DNA of 64,000 nt from Octopus sinensis (Eukaryota). This document shows, in pieces, positions 52,681-64,000 of the stretch (the stretch's first letter is position 1; every line of letters begins with the position of its first letter). Both the position numbers and the translations under genes were made by a program. The notes under the pieces are model-generated. The model saw only the letters and a list, made by a program, of their open reading frames with translations, was not told the DNA's origin and searched no databases. The DNA lies in assembly GCF_006345805.1 (NCBI RefSeq), contig NC_043000.1, forward strand, positions 146,506,001 to 146,570,000, written 5' to 3'.

Positions 52681-52739
52681 TGTATGTATGTATGTATGTA
52701 TGTATGTATGTATGTATGTATCTATGTATGTATGTATGT

Positions 52740-52978
52740 ATCTGTCGGGCATGTGGAAGAGAGTGTAATTCGGCAGGAGGACTTAAACGACATGCAAAGG
52801 TACACGAAGCCCAGTTAAAACTACAGCCGGCTATTACCAGTAAAGGTTGTACTTGCCAATTTTGTACAAGACATTGTAGATCTTTAGCTGGGCTAAAAAG
52901 TCACATTCGATCACAGCACCAGTAACAGTTAAGCTTCGTGCAATGGCCATACTCGATAACGAGGGGGCAGCCATAATA
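52740..52978 (+). mobile_element. 3' terminal fragment of an RTE-type LINE carrying two C2H2 fingers
   Basis: CRACGRECNSAGGLKRHAKVH...CQFCTRHCRSLAGLKSHIRSQH*, ~55-nt 3' UTR, then an (ATGT)n tail; 5' end abuts (TATG)n. Confidence 0.65.
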
Positions 52979-53054
52979 ACATGTATGTATGTATGTATGT
53001 ATGTATGTAAGTATGTATGTATATAAGTATGTATGTATGTATGTATGTATGTGC

Positions 53055-54752
53055 AGACTTGTATGTTTCATGTATGTATTCTCATGCATATAGTTGCATA
53101 TATAAACATGCTCATATATATTTAAAGGATAAACTTAGGTTAAGTTTTTAACAGAGTTTTACAGTTCCAGTGGTGGATTGGATCTGTAGCCTTCGAATTA
53201 ACTTTCTCCTTTCTGATTTTGAGAATTTGTCAAGATTGGTATTTAGGCGGTGTATTACATATCCCAAGGCTCTAATAATTACAGGTATAAACTTGACCTT
53301 GCAATCTGGATAGAGTAACTGCAGATTTCTCAAATATCAGCATAAGTGTTCTCTTTTTTACTGATCTTGAGCTTTGTTAACATCCGCTGGACTGCTAAAT
53401 TCCACAACTGTGCACAGTTTCTATTCTCTATCCTAAATCATTATATCAGGTCTGTTGTGCTTACATTTTATTGAGGTATTCACTGGAACATTCCACCAGT
53501 ATTCCTTTTTATTATTAGTAGCTATGGCTTCTGTTATATTGTAGGTTCTTATTTCTTTGTCCTAGGGATTATCCAACCGACGGATTTTATTATAGAGTTT
53601 CCTAGCTGCAACGACATGTCTCATCGGTAGATAATACCGTGATTACATTTTCGGACAACTGCTTATGGTGTAGGTGGTATCTTCATATATTTTCATATAG
53701 GCTCATCTTTTATCTGATGATACGTTCGGTAGACTCGTGCGATTTCTTTGGGCATGTATTCTACGTTATGAGACAAAGACAAAGATTGTTGCTAGAGGAG
53801 CCGCATTCCAAGTCTTATGATGTTATCAGCCTCATGTATGAAAACTTGGTCATGGGATGCACTTTGATACTTGGTGGTTAAATGATGTTGCCGAAGGGAT
53901 ATAATGCGACATTCAAAGGCATTTTGAATCGATGTTAAGCCTCTTCTGCCTTGTTTTCGTTAGGTAGAGGTGGTCTACATCACTGTTTATGTGGAAACTG
54001 TGTGTGCTTGTTAGTATTTTTCGGGTTTTCACATCAATGGCTCGGATCTCATCAAGCGTCCAGTCACGCATCCCAAATATTGGCACGGGTACTGGAACTG
54101 CAAACACATTGGGGGATACTGTTTTATTGAATGCAGAGAGTTCAACGATCCAAATTTTCTTTATTCGTTTGTAATATGTTTGGTGATAAGTGTTTTGTTA
54201 CATGTGCCACTGTAAGATATATTTTCATCCACCCCTAGGTACCTGTAACATTCCTCATTAGATACAGGGGAAACTGTCACACTATTAATGGAGATGTTAC
54301 TAATCTGGTGTATAGTTTTCCCCGCTTCCCAGAGCCATATAACAACAGTTATTCTGACCAAACTTCAATCCTCCATCCTTTGAGAATGATGTAACTAGGT
54401 CAAGGCTCTTTTTCATCTCGTGCTTATTCTTTGCATACAGTTTTAAGCCATCCACAAAGACACAATGTGTAATTTTGGTATTTCTGTTTCCTTGTAAACC
54501 AGTGATGTATCCTTCAGACTTCTTTAACATGAACGACAAGGGGTTCACGGAAAGTATAAACAACATTACAGAGAGGCTGTCCCCTCGGAATATGCTTTTG
54601 CGATACGGTATTCTATCAGTGATAATACATTCATTCAGTTTTTAATTTCAAGATAGTGGCCCACGATGAAGTTGTAACAGCTATAGCTTTGACTTCTCAC
54701 TGGAACTTTAGCAAGTTGAAGGGCTTCTAGCATCCATAAGTGGGGAACAGTG
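53055..54752 (-). mobile_element. 5'-truncated decayed R4/Dong-clade LINE
   Basis: TVPHLWMLEALQLAKVP, IFRGDSLSVMLFILSVNPLSF, FVDGLKLYAK, YRYLGVDEN, DWTLDEIRAIDVKTRKIL, HTISSCPKM*SRYYLPMRH, LQLLYPDCKVKFIPVIIRALG. Confidence 0.88.
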
Positions 54753-54758
54753 TATGTA

Positions 54759-54794
<36 letters not shown>

Positions 54795-57495
54795 TGTATG
54801 TATGTATGTATGTATGTATGTATGTGTGTGTTTGAGTGTACGAATATGAGAGAGACAGAGAGAGACAAAGAGATAAGGAGAGAAAGCGGATGTTACGATG
54901 TACCTTCGTAAGTCTATAATCTATTAAATTAATTATAGTAGTGAATTTATGCGTATATTAACCCTAGTAAAACGGCGTTGAAAACTTATAGAACTCCAAT
55001 TCCTAACTTTTCGGTTCATGAAATATTTGTCATTATTGGGGTTATGCTGCCAGAGAATTCAAAGAAACCATAAATACAAGCAGTAAATAACTTACAGACT
55101 TTAGTTTCGACCCTCTGATTTCGAATGATAATATCGGAAATCTTAGTTAAAAAAAGATATAGCGGTAACATCGTACTTTAATTTACGCTGTTTAATGTCT
55201 GTGTTTGCTTGTTTGTGTGTATGCGTATGTGTGTGTGTGTGCAAGCGCGTGTGTGTGTGTGTGTGCGAGCGTGTGTGTGTGTGCGAGCGTGTGTGTGTGT
55301 GGATGTGTATGACAGAGAAAGAAAGAAATACAAAGAAAAAGAATGAGGAAGGGTGGCTTAAGATGAATTAGTTTTTAAAAACGTCTACGGAAATTGAGAA
55401 AATAATGTTTTATGAATCAAGTAAAGGTTTTTGGCTCTGTACGTCAAGATTTAAAATGCAATTACCACCGATAAATTAAAATTATAAATGTGTGTTTATA
55501 AGACTTCATACGAGAAACTTATGAAATGATGAAGGAGGAAGCAATTCCAACAATAAAAATGAAACAAAACTTTAAAAAATTACCAGCATACACACATACA
55601 CTGAAATAAAAACTATAAGAAAAACATAAATGTATAAAGAGCCAAACATACTAGACATTTTTCATGAAAAATTTCCTTCAAAATTCGTCTTAAAGATGAA
55701 TGAGTATTCTGGCTAAATTTGCCCTGAGTAATATTTTTATTTACCACATCGTCCAGTCCTTGTTGAGGGGAGTAGCTTATGTGCCTCCATGACTCTAAGA
55801 GTTATACTAGTGGAATACAATATTGAGGTGGAGCCTCCCACGCAGGATACTTCAAATCGTAGATGGCAGACTAATGTGGATCACCTCTTCCGTGAGGGAA
55901 GAAATTGGTCTAAGACTGACGTATTCTGTCTGGAAAATAGCAAAATTACAGAAGTATTGATGGGAATTGCAAACCAATAAAAGCTGTGAGAGGAAAGGCA
56001 CCTCTTCAGGGGAAAATACCATGCGGAGCAGCAAAATCCTGACGAAAGTCGCAAGGAGGAATAGGGATCAAACTGAAGGGCAGCAAACAACCCAGAGTTG
56101 AAGAGAAAGGGGACAATTTGTCGATGGCCAATGCTACATAGTGAACAAAAGGCTTTCAGAAGAATAAAGTTACATGGAAAAAAAAAAAAAGAAAATGGGC
56201 ATTTGAGGATGTTCAGGCTGATCAAATGATGGAAATTTATGACTCAATAACGAGCAAAGGAAAATGAGGACAGAAACCGAAAGCCATGCCTGTGAACGAA
56301 TAAGGATACATATTGCTCGTGTTCATAAATGTCTTGCAACCAAATTGCACATGCAAGTGCTACCGGTTAAAAGCTCCGTATACCGGAAGCTAGCAAGTGT
56401 ATGGGGTCATCAGGAGAGAATGCGCACTGTTTCGGGGCCTACCAATCGACGGCATCAATGCTGATATGAGGCCCCGCTTGCTAGATCAGCTGGTTATGAA
56501 GAGCTCAATATACTTCTAGCCATCGCTCATCGTCTCTTTTTAACCAAGGTACAAGGAAAAATATCTAATGATCCCTTGATGTGTAGTATATTGTACAAAA
56601 CTGGACAGTAACAGCTACTGCTATAAAATACAAAAGTGTTGTTATTGTTTGCCTTCTCGACTGTAGAAATTCTGCACAGAATACATTAAAAGTATAGAAG
56701 TCCATACACGACATTTAAGTCGCGATTAAACATAAAACACCTTTACAAATTTCAATTTAAAGTCTTATTTAACCTACTGCGAAATAGTGGTCCTATGAAT
56801 TAATTCATTCACGTCGTTACAGCTGGCAATGTTATGCTAATTTGGTCAGTTTCAATTTGTGTAAACATTAATGGATGTATACATATATACGCGCAACCCG
56901 CCACACACAGGCACACACAGACATATATATATATATACATATGCATTTATCTTATACACACAGAGACATATATGATAGCGTGTGTACGTGTATGTGTGTA
57001 CATATATATATATTTCTATAAATATATTCAAATAAATAGACACCGATTAATATTTATTTGTATATTTCATCCGAATACAAATGTATAGGCACGCGCACAT
57101 ACATACATATAGACAGACAGACAGACAAACAGACAGAAAGCTGATATTGCACTAATCGCTACACCTACTTTTTTTTTCAATTCTAAGTTAGGGAAAGGCC
57201 TAAAGCAAGAATTCTAGTACATGTTACATATGTACCAAGCACATCTGAAATTATATAATTGTTTGTTTACTTGCAACACTGCTTTCACTGGTCTAAATGT
57301 GTAAACAAATATTTTTCACTAACGTCCGAATAAATATTTCTGAATTTCTATTTTTCAATAACATATAATAATATTTTTAACCCTACTTTCAGGAAGGAAA
57401 GCTCTCGCTGTTTATCTTACCTTCGTTTATATACATATGTCTGTCTCTGTTTATATTTCACTCTCCACCCTATCCTCTCTTTTGCGCTCTTTCTT

Positions 57496-57564
<69 letters not shown>

Positions 57565-57576
57565 ATATATATACAT

Positions 57577-57623
57577 AGAGAGAGAGAGAGAGACGTATGT
57601 ATATGTTTAAAGATAGATAGATG

Positions 57624-57657
<34 letters not shown>

Positions 57658-57695
57658 TCTATCTATCTTTAAACATATACACACGTCTCTCTCTC
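57577..57695. repeat. (TA)n-centred palindrome
   Basis: GAGAGACGTATGTATATGTTTAAAGATAGATAGATGTATA ... TATACATCTATCTATCTTTAAACATATACACACGTCTCTC. Confidence 0.85.
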
Positions 57696-57705
57696 ACTCT
57701 CTCTT

Positions 57706-57747
<42 letters not shown>

Positions 57748-58406
57748 CGTGCATACATACATACGTACATACACTCACCCATGCATACATAAATACATAT
57801 ATACATACATACATGCATACATACATAAAACAAATATATGTGTGAGTGTCTGTTTGTGCATGCATGTGTGTGTGTGAGAGAGTGTATGAGCATTTCAGCA
57901 TTTCATATGTGTGATGATAAAACAATCAACAGATTATTGGCTTTTTCCTAGGGAATTTGAAAACAAAAGCGAAATGTTTCATGACTGCTTCACTGTAATG
58001 ATAACAATCCTTATCGACATGGTGAGTCAGTGCAGTATTATTGGAATCTTTTCAACTTTGACTCCTACGAGAGACGACAAAAGGTTTTATAAAAGAAAAC
58101 TAACTCTATCCCAATATCATACAAACACGAGTTCTGTTCATATCCTCATTTTCGTTCTGTAATTTATCTTTCTCTCGACCATTAAGTTCTTTACCTTTTA
58201 AATATAAAATATATATGTATATTTATACGCATTATATTTTAATCAAACAGCCATGAACACAGGAAACATATTTATGATTGTGTGTTTGTGGCTATTTGAC
58301 TGTGTCACTGTGTGTAATTATTTGTGCTCGTATGACTATGTATATATCTGTTTCTCTGTTTATCTATCTCTGCTATGACAACATATCTATGTATTTCTCT
58401 CACCGC

Positions 58407-58465
<59 letters not shown>

Positions 58466-58508
58466 TCTTTTATTCTTATATATATATATACATATATATT
58501 CTTTTATT

Positions 58509-58539
<31 letters not shown>

Positions 58540-58548
<9 letters not shown>

Positions 58549-58745
58549 TAATCCAAACAACAAAGTACAAAAAACACAACAACGCGAGGACGTGGAACAA
58601 ATATAGTATTATTGGACGCTCAGGAAAGAAGGAGGGTTTAACGTTTCGAGCGAAGCTCTTCGTCGGAAACATAGGAGAAGGAAAGATTCAGAGAAGGGAA
58701 GACAGAGGAAAAAAAAATCGCCAACAAGAGGTCACATTTTTTAAT
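58540..58745 (-). mobile_element. Family E hammerhead element
   Basis: GTTT-CCGACGA-A-GAGC/ttc/GCTC-GAAA-CG-TT-AAAC (58636-58670); U4>C in the core. Confidence 0.75.
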
Positions 58746-58762
58746 ATATATATATATATATA

Positions 58763-59009
58763 TTCTTTTATTCTTTCATTCCTTTACTTGTTTCAGTCAT
58801 TTGACTGCGGCCATGCTGGGACGCCGCCTTAAGTCGAGCAAATAGACTCCAGAACTTACTCTTTGCAAGCCGAGTACTTATTTTCATCGGTCTCTTTTGC
58901 CGAATCGCTATATTACGGGGATGTAAACACACCACCATCGGCGGGACAAACATAGACACACAAGCATACACACACACAATACATACACTCAACACACACA
59001 CACACACAG

Positions 59010-59045
<36 letters not shown>

Positions 59046-59205
59046 TTGACAGGCTTCCCTCAGTTTCCATTTATCAAATCTACTCACAAGGATTCGGTCA
59101 GCTCGAGACTATAGCAGAAGACCCCTACCCAAGGTGCCACGCAGTAGGACTGATCCTGGAAACATGTAGTTGGTAAGCAAGCTACCACACAGCCGCCCCT
59201 GCGCC
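58763..59205 (-). mobile_element. Group B SINE, diverged
   Basis: Reverse complement of the group B modules. Confidence 0.88.
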
Positions 59206-60044
59206 AATATATATATATATATATATAGGCACACACATATGCATATACATATATGCTTATATATATATGCACATCTGTTGTTATAATTACGTACATACAT
59301 ACAAACATACATACATATATACATCCATACAGGCAGAGAAATATGCATTACACAACCACATAAGACACAGCTTTTCGTTCTGACATACATTAACAAGTAT
59401 GACTATATTGAAGTGTCGAGCATTTGCAGCAGAAATGCATTTGCTCACTTTAACTGTAAGCCAGGTCGTGTATCCTGCGTAATGTTGCTGAATAAGCTGT
59501 TAACATCAAGAAGACAATTTATTTTCACGATATTTTATCTTTCTTCAACGCGGATGTTACTTTTATCATTTTCGTTATTTATCAGTATTTGTAGAGTTAG
59601 CTTGCCATTCGTATTAAGAGAAATAATTACTGTGTTGATGTCGATGTTTGTTTGTTTTTTTGGGTTTTTTTTTTTTTTTACTTAAATTTGTCTTCTAATT
59701 TGGGATCAATATGTATTGTAATTCCATTTCTAAGGTTCTTGAAATACTAGAATATTTCAAGTCATTTTTTTTTTGTTGTATTTCCGCTTAGACTAGAAAT
59801 TTGTCATAAGATTTAAGCATGGTATTTGATCAGGGTACTATCGAGAGAACGAGTACTCAATACATAGAGTGGAGTTAATTTACCCGAAGAAGCTAATATA
59901 AAATGTCTTCATACAAGCAATCGATAAGACAACCACGCCTGAACCATAGCAAACAGCGAGAAAACGAGTAGCAGTACTGCGGTTCATCAGCATCTTTTGG
60001 GTGTATTACATACTTGCATATTTATACACATATTTATATATGCG

Positions 60045-60330
<286 letters not shown>

Positions 60331-60511
60331 TACATTTTTGTAATCTACATTTTTGTTATTTTTCATTTGCCCTGCTCGTTTACGTTCATAGATGTGCTGA
60401 TTCTCCTTGGGAACAATTCTTGGTGGTTGAGACCATTGCAGATCTATTTGTAGCGCAAGAGCGTCCACATAGTGGACCCTCTCTTATATTTGTGTGTATA
60501 TATATATATAA

Positions 60512-60556
<45 letters not shown>

Positions 60557-61899
60557 CATGTATATGTGCATGTGTGTGCGTGTGTGTTTGTGTGTATGTG
60601 TAAAACACAGGTATAAATGCATGCGTACAGACGCCCATCACATATGTAACCTTATCGATATCTATTCTCACGTGAAGAAGTACATGTATATTTAAAATCA
60701 AATTTCTGTATTTGAAAAAAAATTCGTGTCTATTAACTTGTGCATGTGTGTGCTTATGTGTGAATGAATGTGCAACTATGCGCGTAGGGACGTGTATGTA
60801 TTTGCTTGCTGATATATATGCGCGTGAAATCGTGCATACCTTCATAAGCAACGTATAAATGATTGCTCATATAGATTTTGCAATAGGTCTATCTCTAAAA
60901 TTAAAATGCAAAACAATGAAATCAATGAGCCAGGATTTAGCTATTAACCAATTTTGATATGTCTGACGGCTTTCGTTTCCCTTAATATATTCCTAATATA
61001 TGATTAATATATTCAATACCATGCATATATTGTTAAAACTTTTAAGAAAGTTTTATCATACTTAATCTCCCGCTACCACATTTTACATATTCATTTACCT
61101 ATTTTGTTTATTTTTATGTATTGTGTTTATGGTTACTGTCAGAACTTTTATCGAGTAGTAAATAGCTATGTGTCAGACTGAAATTACCGTTGTTAGCGAA
61201 ACCAGGAAATGTTACAAATGTTTAAATCGTGTAAGTGATCAACAAATAGCCTTAATTATGATAAATTTACTCTGTACGATGTTTTCCTTCCCGTAACTTA
61301 TTTATCTGTTATTGCACCAAAATAGCATAACAGATTACATCTTGTGTACCGGTGTGTTTGTGTCTGTATGTGTGTCTGTCTGTATCTGTGTCTGTGTCTG
61401 TATATGTTTAAATTTATTTGGTCGTTTCACAGGCAATCATTTACTGTTTATGTTAGTTATGTTAAGAAATTGTATTTGGGGTGAGAAAGCATAAATTTCG
61501 ATAACTAGTTAACTTCTCTTACATAACGTAAAACACACCTGTTTACTCGTTTTAGAGGGTAGAATATTTGAAAGAAACAATCATTACATAAGATGCTATG
61601 TATATTACTGCAGCAATCGTTTCTAAATTGGAATACATGTCCTGGTTTAATTTCGTAATAATTCTCAGTGTCTTCATAAAATGGTTTTGGGAAATGTTAC
61701 CTTTATTGGCAACCAGCATACACTTCTCCGTAAAATTCAGTGACCTCTCATTCGAATGTAAACTCCATTATCATTAAAAACAAAATACTAATTATAACTT
61801 TCACTACTCTTTAACTCATTTTATCTCTAATGAATACATAGATTATACAAGTAAGCTGGATACTCTGTGTTTAGGCAGATGCACAGTTTTGGTTTTGGT

Positions 61900-63130
61900 T
61901 CTCTATTGTATTGAAAGTTATTTTAAGTAATGTGTTACAGTGACTATTAATAATATTGTCCCTACCTTGATGTTTTGATTATGCATTTTTATAGGTATTT
62001 TTTATCACAATCAAAAACACCTAATTTTACAAAGATTATTTCTGCTTCCACTCAATGGAACTTCTTATCTCTGTTTCAAGACCAATATATTTTGATATTT
62101 GCTTTATTTTGCCAATATATTTTGTTTTTCTTTGGGATGCAACACTAACTTCAAGACATATCTACTGATTCCGTTTAGTATCACCTATTATGTTATCAAT
62201 ACTTACTTTGTATATATTTACATTGGAATGTTCAAGCATGTCATTCCTTGAGAGACTTTGTTGAGAATATAGATGCCATCAATTTTCAAGGCATTTTCAA
62301 TAACGGTTGTAATGTTTTCATTGTATGAAATCTCCAGCGTTGTCAGGCCTGTATACATATTTCTATCAAGCTTATGTAAAAAAGAATATATACACATAGA
62401 ACGGACGGAAACAATATCGCTAGATATTTGTTTTAACTTTGTATATATTCTACAGTTATCCATATTTGCTACATTGTATACGTTTCAGAATTTCAAATGA
62501 GAATATTTTTGGCTGAGAGGCAAACTTACACTGTTTCATCTTTTAATCCTCCACATCACAGTCAATGTTAAATTAATTTACCCCACGTTGACCTTCTCAT
62601 GCAAGTCCTTTTATTACCATTTTCTGAATGTGACGTTTTAGAGTCCACTTTCGATTTCGTTTTTAAACTTTTAAGAATTTTGTTGCTCTTTCTCAGTCCG
62701 CCTCACAAATGTTTCTTACCTTACGTTGCCTTCATTAAAGAAAGCAAACAGAATCTTATTGTGTGTCGTTCGTATATCTCAGCTACTTGTATTTGTTTCC
62801 CTTCGCATTTTAGTAAGTATTATTGTAAGTGCACAGTAGATATTTTGTAACAAGTTGTTTATAGTTCCTGAAGACCTCTACAGTATTTCAGTGTTGGCTT
62901 TTGAATAGTATATACTAAATGAAGTCATTATTCTTTTCGTCTTCCTGTCTAGTTTCACTATTTCACCTAGCTTCCAGTCATACATTTATTATTAGAACTG
63001 CTAGTTTATTGATGCCTATCGCCTCAAGATTGGCATTTAGCTCTATATAGTTTATAGACACATTAACCTAATGTCGCAATGAAATTGCTTACTAACATTT
63101 TTCTTTTATTTGTGTATTATACTTTATCTA
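61900..63130 (-). mobile_element. Very old R4/Dong-clade LINE relic
   Basis: DWKLGEIVKLDRKTKRIMT, NCRIY...SDIVS (knuckle relic), ICLEVSV...ISKYIGLETEI (endonuclease relic). Confidence 0.65.
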
Positions 63131-63237
63131 GTTCAATAATTATTAAGTTTTTCCAAATCTGTGTTACTCTTACCTCTGTTGATTTATATAACATTGTATT
63201 AATGATTATTATTAACATTATTTACATTATTTACTTT

Positions 63238-63423
63238 TGACGGATATTTGTCCTCATCTTGCTTGTTTTTAACACCGTTTCGGCTGATATACCATCCAGC
63301 CTTCATCAGGTGTCTTGGGGAAATTTTGAACTTGAGTTCTCATTCCTAAGGTATTTTTCGATGTTATTATTATTCTTATTCTTATTCTTATTCCTATTCT
63401 TCTTCTTCTTCTTCTTCTTCTTC

Positions 63424-63465
<42 letters not shown>

Positions 63466-63505
63466 ATTATTAATTATTATTATTATTATTATTATTATAT
63501 ATTAT
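63238..63505 (-). mobile_element. Family G element (hammerhead + microsatellite), second copy, interrupted
   Basis: 63238-63365 closely matches 3331-3460; hammerhead at 63271-63314 has lost the UH cleavage dinucleotide. Confidence 0.8.
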
Positions 63506-64000
63506 TCAGTAGTTTTATTTTTTTAGCGTGCTTTCACTTCACTACCGAGCGCAGCTCTGTGTGCCTTGGGTATGTGCTGTGATTTGTTGTGATGCTCTGA
63601 TGGTTATTGTATGGAAAGTGTTCTGCGTAGGATGTGTGCAGTGCCTAGTAGTGCAATTTTCTGTATGTTATATGTGTTTGTAAGTCCTGGTGTTTTTGTT
63701 ATGTATTTGTCTGAATATTTTTTATCATGCCTAATGCACCTACTATGATAGGAATTGTTTCTGTTTTCAGGTTCCACATTCTAGTTACCTCTATTTCCAG
63801 GTCTTTGTATTTTGAGAGTTTCTCCATTTCTTTTAGAGACACGTTGTCATCTGCCGGTATTGATACATCAATTAGAAAGCATTTTTTTTCTTCATGATCT
63901 CTGACAACTATATCTGGTCTGTTGGCCTTAATTTCTCTATCTGTGTGTATCGGCATATCCCAGAGTATGGTTGCTTTCTCGTTTTCTGTAACCTTTTCTG
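63505..64000 (-). mobile_element. 3' end of a young Dong/R4-type LINE (restriction-like endonuclease), running off the window
   Basis: MPIHTDREIKANRPDIVVRD...LIDVSIPADDNVSLKEMEKLSKYKDLEIEVTRMWNLKTETIPIIVGALG; after one frameshift ...IQKIALLGTAHILRRTLSIQ*; 3' UTR ends in (TAA)n. Confidence 0.93.

Noticed and set aside
52644-52925. Host Kruppel zinc-finger gene
   Set aside because: No TGEKP linker and no real start (the upstream frame is (TATG)n); ends like a LINE 3' terminus.
62218-62463. ORF resembling an LRR (LTTLEISYNENITTVIENAL)
   Set aside because: Flanking frames give R4/Dong motifs in the right order (DWKLGEIVKLDRKT upstream, endonuclease relic downstream), so it is LINE debris.

Overview
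AT-rich, repeat-dominated eukaryotic DNA with no intact protein-coding gene that I can support. The repeat families and the dense (TA)n/(CATA)n/(GATA)n/(ATT)n microsatellites suggest a cephalopod, probably Octopus; this is inference from recognition, not a search. Contents: (i) about 20 tRNA-derived SINE copies in three groups (A, B, C); (ii) five decayed R4/Dong-type restriction-like-endonuclease LINE relics, three RTE-type pieces and one CR1-type 3' end; (iii) a hAT MITE and a non-autonomous Helitron; (iv) a 5.2-kb satellite of about 70 x 75-bp units (45513-50729); (v) a probable heavily decayed Toll-like-receptor pseudogene (~41.8-44.0 kb). The most striking unannotated signal is at least 16 minimal type-I hammerhead-ribozyme-like motifs (CUGANGA-stem II-GAAA-stem III-UH) from about seven unrelated non-coding element families, most sitting in (TA)n tracts. 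Three are long fold-back palindromes with one hammerhead on each strand, one lies between 145-bp inverted repeats, and one is fused to a tRNA-like head. This resembles a set of non-autonomous Penelope-/retrozyme-like elements; no autonomous Penelope ORF is recognisable in the window. Almost all ORFs in the supplied track are microsatellite translations or retroelement fragments.
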